DNA from: Rhizophagus irregularis
Taxonomy: Eukaryota
NCBI RefSeq assembly: GCF_026210795.1
Contig: NC_089433.1
Location: forward strand, 2,852,001 to 2,916,000
Reading direction: 5' to 3'
DNA length: 64,000 nt
Shown here: positions 1 to 13,390 of the stretch, piece by piece
Layout of the letters: each line of letters opens with the position of its first letter
Numbering within the stretch: the stretch's first letter is position 1
Notes under the pieces: model-generated
What the model was told of the DNA's origin: nothing
What the model saw: the letters and a program-made list of their open reading frames with translations, nothing else
Databases searched by the model: none
Made by a program: the position numbers and the translations under genes

Positions 1-2441
1 ATGTCTATTATTTGTTTCTGGCGAATGTGAAATAAAGAATATTATTGGTTTCCATTTTATTGGTTTAGTTGGTTTAGTTTTGAGTTAACAATAGCCATAT
101 AAAGTTTAATTTTTAGAAATATATTCATTATGTAAATATACACTATTTAGTTCTTTATTTTGTATACTTTGAACAATTTTAAAACGTAAGAATAAATAAA
201 TCTTTTTTAAAGACTCTTTAAACATATCAGATATGGTATTTTAAATAATATTAGATTTATTTATTATCTTGTTTTTTTTCTGTCTTGATGTCTTCGTCGG
301 GCTATTTTAAATGTTACACAATGACTGATTTCATATACCGGTAAATTATTTAACCAGTTGTTTATCTAATAGCCACATGGCTGTGTTACAAAGATGAAAA
401 ACGCACCGTCCTTAACCTGGTCTGTTCTATATTTCATCTTTCTTCCGTAAAAGGCTCATTTCCGGAATTAATGGATCTGTGAAAGGCTCATTTTTACGGA
501 CGTGACACGGCGGATGTAAATCTCAGTTTTTTCAAAGCGAGGGTACAATTACAAATAAAATATGTATAAAAATTAATATGTAAAATGCCCACCGGTTATT
601 ATTAAATTTGAATCCTTCCATTTCTTGCGAATTTAAAATTTAATAAAAGGATAAAAGTATTTTAAAAAATTTCATTTAAATAATTATCTGTTATATTTGC
701 CCCTCCGATTATATTATTAAACTATAGTTTCACCAACTTCATAATATTACATAATATAAATAAACAATTTACCTTTATACAGATATAGAATAGATTTTCA
801 CAGCTTATTTTGAATGATTAAAAAAAAAAATATTCTCAACGCGCATTCTCATAACTGTATGCATGTGTAATATATTTCACAATGAGGTATCTTGAAATTT
901 TTTTTTATGTCCGAAAGTAATATAATAATAAGCTGAAGTTTACAAGATAAACTCGTATTAAAAAGAACTGTAAATAAAATTTATGAGAATGATAGCTTCA
1001 CAAATCTCCATTAAAATTTTGTAAATCTGAATTACTCAAACCTATTATTATAAATAACTTTATTTCTTCAACACTATCAATTTATTTAATCAAAGTGTTA
1101 AAATTACACCATATATATTCGTTATCAAATTATTTTCATCAAATTTAACGAAGAATATTATTAATTAAATTTTAGAATATCATACTTTTCAGAAACTTTT
1201 GTCACATATTTTTTATAATGCAAACCTTTTCAAATTTTCTTAACACTTGCAAATTTTCTACAATTTATTATTAAGTCCGCCTCCATAGTATGCATGTGTC
1301 CCGAAGTTACATAAGAATATTGCAAAAAGGAAATAGTGGTGATTTGTGGAACAGTGGAAGGACGTTTTACATTTTCGTCTTCAAGATCATAGTCCCTCCG
1401 CTTTGCTCCGGACAATTAACATTGACTACTATATAGGAACAACATTTTTACTAAAATTGAATACTTCTTTGAATACTTCTATCACATTAAATAATACACC
1501 TATAATAACGCATATATACTTGTGATGTGGCAGCAGGAATTTCTAATATTCGTTTGCCGGATGGTTGTGCCAAACAAAAAAGATGATGATCGTCCACTAC
1601 AAATTGATATTGATTTTGATTATTTTTAATAATTCATTAACGAATATTCTTATAATATATTTTGCTAATTTATATTTAATTTGTTGGCTTTAAAGGAAGA
1701 AAATACGAAACTATTAAGAGCTTAAAATAATGAATTGAGGCAACAATTAGATGAAGTTATTAACTGCTATCTTACTGACTCCGGCAATCCCGCAGCATCA
1801 AAATGATTATATATATATATATATATATATATTATATGATTTTACAATAAATCAAATAAAGCAATGAACTTGTACAACTTTACTATTCAAACATGAAATT
1901 TTAGTCACTTTTATAAAAATTCTTAAAATTCTTGGTAAAATATATATATATATATATAGCTAGCAATATTTATTTAGTATCGAGTAATTACATTTAACGT
2001 TTTGTCACGTAACCGAGTTCTACTAGTACCATAAATAATAAGAAATAATTTTTAACAAAATTCGTAATTTTGTAAAATAATAAGATAACGACTCTAAGCG
2101 ACTTAAACGACTATATCGATATGTTAAAATTTTGTAATAATCGGAAAATATATTTGTGAAGGATAAAACGATTAAATCGAAACATACACACCACCCACAC
2201 ACAAACCCACACAAAACCAATTAGTTGATTATTGATACATTAAAAAAATCGATACGTTTATACGGTGGCGGGAATTAAATATACGAGAATAACGAGAATA
2301 AAAAGGGTATGAGAAGAAAAAAAGAGCGGAAAAAAAGAAAGTAATTGTTACTCAATAAAATTTTCCGATAAATGATCATTTTTTTAGTTTTCATTCCAAA
2401 AAAAAAACTCCGATATTGGAAAGAAAATGGCTTTCTCTATA

Positions 2442-2804
2442 TTAGTAGTATCCATTAAAAAAATCGAAACTTGATGATTCTGTTTGTAGAGGAAGTGTTA
2501 TGATAGTGTCTAGTAGACCATTTACATTAAATTGATCAAAATTATTTATTGTTTGCTGTTGGAAAGTGGTTCTTGTCAGATTAACTGCACTGTATAGTTC
2601 ATTTCCATTATTAACTGTACTGGTAACTTGATTTGTTCCATTAAAAAAATCGTCAATAAGAAAGTTATTTGTGTTTTGCCGAGGGAAAATAAGTCGAGCA
2701 TTTATTTGATTCGTGTTTCGTCTCCCTTTGAGTTTCCTGAGTTGCCTTCGGCTTTTAATTGTTTTGTATATATTATCGCTGGCGTCAGAAGATTTGTAAG
2801 CCAT
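2442..2804 (-). CDS. Hypothetical 120-aa protein (basic N-terminus, Asn/Phe-rich C-terminus)
   Basis: ATG-initiated ORF after an A-rich leader (AAAATAAAATG), with higher GC than its flanks. No recognisable domain. Confidence 0.4.
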   Translation of the reverse strand: MAYKSSDASDNIYKTIKSRRQLRKLKGRRNTNQINARLIFPRQNTNNFLIDDFFNGTNQVTSTVNNGNELYSAVNLTRTTFQQQTINNFDQFNVNGLLDTIITLPLQTESSSFDFFNGYY

Positions 2805-5800
2805 TTTATTTTTATTTTTATTTTTTTTTTAAAAGAAAATAATCCAAATTTATAATAAATCGATTCTCATATCATTATATAACATTGTTCCCGAAGCCTT
2901 TACTTAATAAAGCTAGAATTATAATCGAACCTGTCACGTTTTTTTTGGTAACTCCGAAAGTGGCTTGCTGGTTAAAATTATAAGATAATCGGTTAAAATT
3001 GTTGTATATAAAGTTTATTTTGGAAAATTGAACAGAATTTTTAATATCCTTGCGCGAACAATTCTTTCAAGTGGCGTTTTAAAAAAATCGGATAAAAAAA
3101 AAAATTTCTTACTATTATTCATTAATTATTCTTACATGTTGCTTTCATATATCCTTACGCGAACAATTCTTTCAAATGGCGTTTTAAAAAATCGGAGAAA
3201 TTTCATTTCATGTTTGCTTTTTGTTTGAAGTAATATAATCGGGTAAATATTGATTTCAAAAAGGTAACGATCACAATAATGGGTTATTTATCTCTCCAAA
3301 TTCGTTAACTAAATGATATATTACCTTTACCTAAAAAAGTTAACAAATGCGACATGCGACAATTGGTTACGTAGCTTGGATATTTTTTACTGAGAAATTT
3401 ATTTACAAGTAACATCCAATATAAACATATCCTAAATAATACTAAATCACATAATCGGTGTACACAAATAATAATTTTTTTAAGAAACTATTTAGATCTA
3501 TGAGAAACAAAGATAACGAATGATATATATTATGCACATTTGAAACAACTAACGTTACGAATTCTAAAATAGGAAGGGACCACAATATATATTTTTTTAT
3601 TTTTTTTTTTATTATTATGATAATGAAAGGAGATGCGGGTTCTCCGGTTAAAGATTGAATTTTAAAAATATTTAGACTAATATAATTGTGTATCAGAATA
3701 TTCTATATTTATAGTTACTTTGTTTTGTTGTTTGTTTATTTTTTATATTTATAACTCAGTCAAATATATCAATTACTAATTTGCACTCATTAAAAAAACA
3801 ATCTATTGATCTTAAATGACACAATCATATCTATGATCAAACATATATATATATTTAGCAATTTTTTTCGGAATTATTAATTTATTTAAAAAGGGAATCT
3901 AATCATCAACATCTTATCAAGACCCTTTCAAAAAAATTGATTTAGTAAATGAGTCATAATTCATAAAGATCCTGCATCTTGACGTACGTAAAATCATAAA
4001 GAACTAATATTTTCATCAATGATTTTAATTGTCTTTACAGAAAAGCCAATAATAACTACGAATAAATTTTCTTTGCTATTATATTTACTTTTTAAGCCAA
4101 GAGACAAAGAAAAAGAGATTCGTTGATTTTAGATGGATAGTCACGTCATTGTACTGCTGTAATTAATTTAGCACATATTAATTTTAACAAAATTAGAAGC
4201 AGAATGTGAAATGTTTGAATATATAATTTCATTGTTTCTTTACTAAAATTAATAGAGTTCAAATAATGTTTTTGTCAAACGTACCATAATCTCCGCCTAT
4301 ATATCATTAATAAACTAATCAAAAAAAGGTATATGACGACAGTAATGCTTTCGCTTGCGTAAACTGACGTTATGAATACCACTCGGCAACTTTAGAGTGA
4401 GTGGCAACATTAGTGTAGCTGGTAGGTCTAATAAGTTCCATTATTTGAATAATCGAATAAAAGAACGAATAATGATATTAGTTAGATCAAAAATTGTGTA
4501 CGGTCACGTGAACATGTGTTACAAAAAATTGTACATTACAAAAAAAATTACCAACAAATGATATAAGTAAGGATAAGCAAAGAGGGAAATTGCATGGGGA
4601 TAATTCCAATTTGTCTAAATATAGTACATTATTTTGATAGGTAGTAATTTTGTTAAAGATGTTGAAATAAAAGCTAAATCACTTAACAGTTAAGTCTTTT
4701 AAACTAAATATTTGCAGTATTGAGATCAAAAATAATTACATTACAACATGTAAAAGGATATCTTTTTAATAAAATTTAACTAGGATGATCGACGAAGCAT
4801 TAATATTAGAAATTTTTTCATCGATGGAGTTCCGAAATATTTCTCGTTGTCCATCCTACAACAGTAGGACTATATAACCCCCATTACTATCTCATAAAAT
4901 TTATTTATTTCAATCCCGGATTTCAATTTGCACCTATCAATTATCCTTGTTGCCCAGCTCTTAATACCTAAGCGAAAAATGATCGTTAAGAAGAAAAGAT
5001 TACGATTCCCAAGCCTGAAATCCTATTATTTCTTATGCCATAAATATTTATAGGAGGTGACTTTGAGTTCTATAGTAACGTATCCTGTATTCCTGTTCAA
5101 GATTTTTTTGTCTTGCTTTGTTTAAATGAAACATAAATAGGATACTTCGAGAATGGTTATTTTTTAAGGATTAAACGTTCCAATGTAGTTAATTTAATAG
5201 GTTGATTGTATCTCATGTTTTTAATTAATTTAAAGAATTATTTCAATGTAGGAAATAGGAATGCGCTCGTTCCAAGTAGGAATGTAAATAATTATATTTG
5301 CCTAAAACGTTTTGTAAAAGCAAGTGACCAATTGTACTTGGAATACGTGCGAGATATCTGACAGAAAAATTTTTATATAATAATCGAGAGTTGAATTTAT
5401 TTTAATGAAAGAAACAATTCATTAAAAAATTTTTTTATTTCTTCAATGGAGGGTTTTCTTTCTTAAAACGACGTTATTTATATAACATCAAACAAAAAAG
5501 CCCGAAATATATATATATATATAGAGGTCAGGGACATTTATCCTTATACAAAATAGCATCCGCTATTATAGATTTTTTTTTTGATTTGACGAAAATAATC
5601 GAGATAAAAGATCTTTGTTTGTATTACATTTACTTGTAACGAGTACTAATTTTGGAACACCAATGAAATGAAGAAAGAGTTTCTAAACGGAAAAAAGATT
5701 AGACGGCTAATTTTTTTTTTCCATCTTGTTGACATTTGGCTAATTTTCTTTATGCCTTTCAATCATAGAGATATGGAATTACTATCATTAGATTCATCTT

Positions 5801-7720
5801 AGTAAGACAATTAATAAAATTATTTAAATTTAAATTATTATACAATATTACAATAAAGATAACAATAATTATAAATTTGATTAGTAAAATGTTATATAAG
5901 AATATAAGTATTCGTTGGCGTATGAATAAGAATGAAAAAAAAACCATTTTTTTTTGAAAAAAAAGTTTGTGATACCAACAATCATATCACGAATAAAGAA
6001 TACAATGCTTTACGTGTATAGTTCACATGTAAATCTATATTACACAAGTGACACAAGCCAAGAAATACCTTATTCAAATTTTCCTAAATTGGTCTTTTCG
6101 TAACCTTAACAAACATTTAACAGTTTATATTAACAAAAAAAAATTTTAAGCTTATCTAAAAAACATCAAACTTTATTTCAATTTGGAATTTTTTTGTATT
6201 TCTGAATTTTCAATTCTTCAAATTCGGCGAATTCGGCGTTCTTACGAGACAATTTAATGATAAACAACAGGTCAAAATGTTACACTACACTGAATACAAC
6301 TTGACGGTTAAACTTTTTTGAACGTTACCCCTTCTTCGCGTGTAATGTCGCTATAGGTGCTTTTCAGGGGTGTATTTTCCATGAAGAAAAAAATATTTTT
6401 TTTTTTTTACTAATTTATAAAGTTTGTTCTGTTTACAGCAAATTTTGGAAATATCATTCTGTCGATCACTCGCCAAAACTTGATTATTATTTCTTTTCTT
6501 ATAATAATTATTGTGGAAGAGTTAATTTCGAATTTTACAGTAAATAATTCTTCATAGTTTGTATTTAAATATATCAAATAAATAACTTTATAAACTGGAT
6601 TGCAAATAATTGAATACAATATATACACTACCATACTATAATTACAATATGTTAGATATATTATCATACGATTATGTTTGCTTCCGTAAGGTTTCGAAAG
6701 GTACTTACATTTTACAATAAAAATAAATTTTGAAAACATTATTTTAATTTGGAGCCTCCGGTATATTGAATTTTTAATTCTTCGAATTCGGCGTTTCATT
6801 CATGAATAATATTAAACACTTTCAATTGTGAACGCCGCACGAATATATAGTTGTAGTTACAAACAAAGAAAGAAAAAACAAGTTAATATTGATAAATTGT
6901 TACACTACATTGTTTAAAGGATCACAAAAGCCAAGATTATAAAATATAAGAGAATTGAAGTTAATTGACCAATAGAAAAACAAAAGCACAAAATAAATTT
7001 AGAAGGCTGTTATTTAAATAGTTTTCACAAATTAGGTAGTTATTGTTAAAATGAATAAACGTTATTATTCTTGACACACACACATATATTTTAAATATAT
7101 GTAATCGTGTAATTGAATTATTTCATACAATAGAAACTAATTATTCTTTTCACGTTAATAAGTAAGTATAACCATCAAAAACTTTTAAAAAGGAAGTCAT
7201 TCACCTTCAAGTCCTCAGTAATAATTTATAATCTTTCTTCTAGAGGTTGGAAGCCGTTTAACCAATTAAAAACTGATTAACCAAGAGCCTTAACCGATTA
7301 ATTAATCGGTTAATATTAAGAGTAAAACACTGTTACTTAAAGTGCAGTGTGAACTTTGGCTGAAACTTCCTCAAAGATACTCAAAATAATGTACTGCTAT
7401 ATTGTAAATTGTATCAATTTGTTTTTACTCATTCATATATTTGGTTGCAGAGAAGTCATATTTTATTATAAGAATTTGAGTTAACTACCCCAACGGCACC
7501 CAGAAAATTCTTCGAACTCGGCCGGCGTTATGCACTGACACGTGATCGAAGAATTTAGGATGTGATGAATAAAACGTGACAAATAGAATTTCATCTACTT
7601 GAAAAAATCTAAGTCCCTCAGATAAATATAAACAGTGAAACTCGGACAGGGCGTGACGATGTGATAAATAAAAACAGATCACGTGATCGAAAATTTTACT
7701 GGGTGCTGTTGGGTTATATC

Positions 7721-8429
7721 TAGGGGTTAGATAAATATACGGGGGGGACAACTCATAGGTTACACAGGCTGATCAATAAAAACCCGAACTGTCGCCACTA
7801 TAAATTGGTTACACAAACGAATTTTCATATTAAATCGCGCAAAAATTTTACTTTTTTTTGATTTTTTCGACGCGTATAGATAGAGAAGCAGCCGATCTTA
7901 AAAGTTAAGGTTGTATATGTTAGCTCTATGTAAGTGTAGTTTTTTTATCAAAATTGAACCACTGGTTGCTTCGTTCTTAATTTTATATGTATTTGTTACT
8001 TTTATATTAGAAAGCTAGAATTATACTTTTTTTTTTTAGAGATTCCAATAAAAAGTTATAAAATATTTTTGCTTAAAACATTTAAAAATAGTGCTTTCTT
8101 CTTTTATTATGTATTATTTTCAAGTGTGTAATAATTTTTCATATAGTTTTGAGGTATTTCAAATAGCCGATCCTATTTTTTGAAAAATACAGAAAATAAA
8201 CTAACGAAAAAAAATACGTAACGATAAACTTGAGCATTTCGTCATTTCCGAAAAATAGTTTTTATTTTGTGATGGGTTGATTATCGGCAGATCTTTCACT
8301 TTAAACATGGGGTATCGTTACATTTTACTAGTAACACATAGTAATTTACATATGGTGACAGTTCTAGCGATCACTAATCAGCCTGTGTAACCTATGAGTT
8401 GTCCCCCCCGTATATTTATCTAACCCCTA
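7721..8429. mobile_element. Non-autonomous DNA transposon (MITE, ~709 bp) with ~50-bp TIRs
   Basis: TAGGGGTTAGATAAATATACGGGGGGGACAACTCATAGGTTACACAGGCTGAT at 7721 is inverted perfectly at the right end (ending 8429). Flanked by GGTTATATC (7712-7720) and GGTTATATA (8430-8438), a probable 8-9-bp TSD. Confidence 0.85.
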
Positions 8430-11400
8430 GGTTATATATTTGAGTTTGGAGAACACGTGACCGAAATTTTACATCTCAGATAATTTGACCAGAATTATGG
8501 TTTAGAAAATTTTAATCGATTATAAACCGATTTTCCCTTAGGTAAGATACAATATTTACCGTTGTAACACCAACAATTCTATGATTAAAATTATACCATG
8601 TGACCGGTGACATTTAATGTATGTGAAAAAAATAATTTTTGAGAGGCAAAAAAAAAACTGTCAATCAGATAAATATAAACAAGTGAAAACGCGGTAGCTG
8701 GTAGGTGTGATAGATCACGTGGGGTAGAAAATTTGTTTGGAAGATCAATTCGCACGTTTAACCAATATAAAATTTTAAAGCTGGATAATTCCTCTTTCCC
8801 ATATAATTATTAGTAAAATGAGAAATTATTTAGAAATTTTAAAAAATAAGTCCTTTTTCGTTTCAATGCTATGCTTACATAAGTAGAGAATTTAAAAAGA
8901 AAAGGCATAAAATGGTTTTTTACTTAATTTTTTCAAATAAACCAAAAATTATTTATTTACGATATTTTGTTGTATACTGCTGTAGAACGATAATAAACTC
9001 TGCTTCATGCTCACTCCATAAATATTTTTTATGACTCATACTATTATTACATGTTTTTTTCCTGATGACTTCTGAATATTTTGTATTTTAATGAGATTTC
9101 TGTAATTTCTTTTTTTAAAAAAAAAAAATCGGAATTGGTAAATACATGTTTTTAATTTCAGTGAAAAATTTCGCATACAATATGATGTCATTTAACATAT
9201 AGTAGATTAAATACCTTATCGTTATGTACTGCCGATATTAAATTGCATGTACAATTATTGCATGTACCGATGATGCATGTACCGATAAATTTGTACATAA
9301 TCTGGCCTACATTAATTGTACCGATATTTTGATATACCGATATTTTTCCACAAAACAACAGTATTGTTACATTAAAGTTGGATTGTATAGTATAAATTAT
9401 TATCTATCAAATTCGAACACCCATATTGAAACCCAAATACCCAATACGAGCCCACCTTTCTCTATAGTAGCACGAAAGTATACATGGGGCGTAATTATTT
9501 CAGATAATTCGGCGTAATGGTGAAATATATATATTACACCAAATTTTGTTCGAAGATTCATATGAAAATAGTATTACACCAGTATTATACCGGTGTAATG
9601 CCGAATTGGTGTAATGTATCATAATATTTCGGCATGGCTTGAACCTAATTCACCCATAGAAAGTGTGGAAATTAAACGTTAAAAAGGGAAGAAAAAAAAT
9701 AAGTAAAAGAAATGTCAAACCAAAATGAGAAAACCATGGTTAATTGTGGAGAAATTCTAACTAATCCAGGTAGTATTGTCTGGTGACTGCTTGGAAGAGG
9801 TTTGGAGTTTAAGTACGATCAGATTTGTACTATGTATGATCATCACTCGATGAATGTTGGAGATAATATCCTCAAAACATTTATCCCACATGACCAAATT
9901 GGTGACACCTGCATCTTGTAAAGTTAAAGAAATAATCATGAAATTTTTATACATTCCCCGGCATTACCACTTTTAGAATAATTTTTATGGGTGATTCGAT
10001 CATATCAATTGATTGTTTGTTATTGGTTGTGTTTTCGAAAGGTCTTAGGACTTATGGTCTTTCAGTCTTAAGATTGCGGAATTTTTCGGTGTTACTGGGG
10101 CACTCCGTTCACTCGATCCTGCTGGGCTGGGCCAAATATAATGTCCAAAAGTAAGAGCACGTAGAACTGAGCAGGACCATTTAACATCTTTATTTCGAAC
10201 AAGCTATGAATCAGATCTTTAGTTCTTGGAATATTTTAAATTATCCCGAAGCCTATTTTCATCCATATATCCATTTATAAGCTTGACTTATCTTATGGGA
10301 TTTTAACAGGTTGAATTAAACAATGCTCCAACATTTAAAAAAATCATTTTTCTTTAATTATATATATAAATTATATTTATTATTTAATGTTTAATATATA
10401 AATGTGAAGATAATTTAAAAATAAGATGGAAAAATCTCGAATTTGATTAAACTATAGTAGCCCGATAATCCATTTATAAGATTATCTAAGGTTAAAAGGT
10501 TTAATGTAAGAGTTTTCGAAGATAAAAATAGGTCAAATGATCCGAGAAAAAGCAATAAGTTGATGTATATAAAATTGTTAAAATTGTTAAATTTCAAAGG
10601 ATGATTATATTTTAAGATTATCACTAGCTATTTATGCATAGAAGTTGTAAAAGTTGTGAGCAAACCCTTGTTGATATTAAGTTCGTTGATATTGTCCATA
10701 ACATCGACCAATCATCTATTGTTTGTTGTTGTCCACGAGAACAAGATTATTTCCACGCAAGATATTATAAAATGGAAATAATAAATCAAAAAAAAATTTA
10801 ATGAAATAAAAGCAATCCGAATGAGAAAGAATAGAAGATTTCTGGCTTCATAAAAGAGTTATGAGGAACTATAAGAGGAGAGAATTAAAGGAGATGTATA
10901 TAAGAATTAGATTAAATATGATGATGATAAATAATATAGCAAGAATGAAGGAAATATCATAAAAAAATGATAATATTTTTTTTCTTAAAAAATGCAACAA
11001 TACAAAATACAACAACCTTTAAAGTTAGATGATATATTTTATCGCCTTCTTCTTGGAAATCGTCTTTGAATAGGCATTCTTCTCGGTGGGGGACTTCTTA
11101 ATAATCTTTCAAATCTTCTTTTGTAAACATTTTTATAAAAACCATGAGACATTTTCACTGGATTATTTTTGTTCATTTTTTTTTTGAATAGAGGCGAAAA
11201 ATTTTATTTTGACAAGTAGTGAGATTTTTTGATACTTATATTATTTATTCAGCATAATATTACTATAAAAAGCATGTTATTATTCGGTCTATAATAATCC
11301 CGAAAATTATATTACCTTGAATTAGTTAAAATCCTTTATCAATAGCTCGATTTATAAACAGCATATTCGGAATGAAAAGTTAAAATGTGTGATTATAAAT

Positions 11401-12010
11401 GCCAGTAATCTTGAATCATAACAAGAATCTCCCATATACAAAGCGCTGGATCTTATCAGCATATCATGAAACTTTGTTGTCTATTAATAATGAACATGTT
11501 TCATGACTTTTTGACTATTGTTCTGTTTTTATTTTTTGTTTGAATAACTATTATTCTGATAATTTTAAAAATGAGTTTTGGAATAAAGTTTTTGATCTGC
11601 ACGTGATTTAAAGCACTTCAAATAGTGATATAATTGATGTATGTTATAATGTTGCTTATATAGTATATTAACGACATTATTATAATATTTTCTACTACAT
11701 TTTCCGGTAAGGATCCCACAGGTAAATTTCTGTTAAATCAAACATTAAAGTTCTGTATATATATATATATAATATAATGCATATTATATGCTATTGTCTC
11801 AAGTGATTGAAAGATGTCTACATAAAAAAAGATTAAAAGAATGGCAACTTAGAATTTTATTTATTTATATATGACCCAATCCAATTATTACTGTATATAT
11901 ATATAAAATATATTTATTGTAATATATAATATATCTGTTATTGTATATAAGCCACATTAGTATTATAATGAATACTTTTATATATTATTATTTTGAAACT
12001 AATAGAAAAG

Positions 12011-12150
12011 TTGATGATGATGATGATGTTGTTGTTGTTTATTTTATTTTTTTTATTTATTTAATTTTTATTATATTATATTTTATTTTATTTTATTTTA
12101 CTTTTTATTTATTTATTTTTTATTTTATTTTTATTTATTTTATATTTAGT
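12011..12150. repeat. Compound microsatellite (GAT)n(GTT)n(TTTA/TTTTA)n
   Basis: Directly visible low-complexity run. Confidence 0.8.
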
Positions 12151-13223
12151 TCACGCTTTTGAATTTGAAATGTTAATCACGTGATCCAGTATTTTTGTAT
12201 TTCGGAATATAACTAAAGTGAAGCTACATCTATTAACATTGATAAGAATGAAACACGTTACACGTATCCCGTACCCATATCCTTATCTATTACTAAATTA
12301 GATAGATTAAAAGAGAACAATAGTCAGGCCACTCATAATTTGTAAGACAATAATATCGTCTAAAATTGAATAAAAATATAAAAAAAAAATTTTTTTTTTG
12401 TTGTAAACTAAGAATTTAACCAATAGTAATATACCCACGAATATATATTATGAATGAAATCCTAATTTATGAACTTGTGTTAAACCATATAATTTTTTAT
12501 TAAACTCTAATGAACATATTTTTGGCGAGTATAATAAAAATTTATATTTGTGCTTCAATTTGCTATTCACGTGATTTATAATTGACTGACACAGGTCATT
12601 TTTTGAAACCTTATGTTTCTTTTAACTCTTGGAACTCTCAATTTTCGCGAAAACAAATTTTTTAACAGGTAAGAATCAATAAACTTTTATATTACAGTAA
12701 AAGAATTAAACTAGCAATCAACGCTTTTAATTTTAAAATTTTCATGCTATATTAGAATTATCTATATCATCTATGCGGTTTATTATTTTAATTTTTCCTG
12801 CAGTAAAATCATCGGTTACGAACAATTGAACAAGTTAATTATATGATTGTGAGCCTTGCTGTGGGGCTGCAACAAAAGCTGGTACTCACAAGCTTACAAG
12901 ATAAGCACATGCTCCTACCATGCATAGCAGCATGCTGTTCCGACGAAAAAAAAATAGGGAACATAAAGACATACAGTCGGCTTCGATGTAACGAAGTAAG
13001 CGTCCGGGCCGATCAGGCTTCATTATGAGAAAATTCGTTAGCGAATTATTCGATGTAGTAGGAAAATTTGGTATATAGGTTAAAGCAGTAAGTTTGCTTA
13101 TTGAAAATTTCATGAAAATCAAAATTATCTTCGTTGTACTAAAAAAAAAATTCAAAAATTCGTTAAAAATAGGGCTATTTTGTACACACGGACTATAATA
13201 ATCGCTTCGTTAAACGGTATACC

Positions 13224-13390
13224 TAGGAATGGAATCGGTTCAAAATGAGTCGACTCGAGTCGATTCTAGAACCGATCCTAAATTTAAAAGATTCTGGATC
13301 TCAAACTACTTTTATCCATAAAAACCGTTATTAGACGAAACCGACTTTGAACCGATTTCAAACCGACTCAAGTTGAGTCATCAGTCAACT
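13224..13390 (+). mobile_element. End of a decayed hAT-like non-autonomous element, related (inverted) to ~55970-56110
   Basis: Starts TAGGAATGGAATCGGTTC, similar to hAT TAGGGATG termini, with ACCGA/TCGGT subterminal motifs. The reverse complement aligns by eye with 55970-56110. Similar TAGGGATG/TAGGGATT starts occur at 13984 and 37371. Confidence 0.4.

Noticed and set aside
1230..1800. Short ORFs and a fragment (AAGISNIRLPDG) reminiscent of Uma2-type nuclease genes
   Set aside because: Too short and decayed to support a call.
9757..10300. Possible zinc-knuckle remnant (RCRCHQFGHVG) on the minus strand, suggesting a retroelement gag/ORF1
   Set aside because: The motif spacing is imperfect, stops surround it, and no RT or endonuclease remnant was found.
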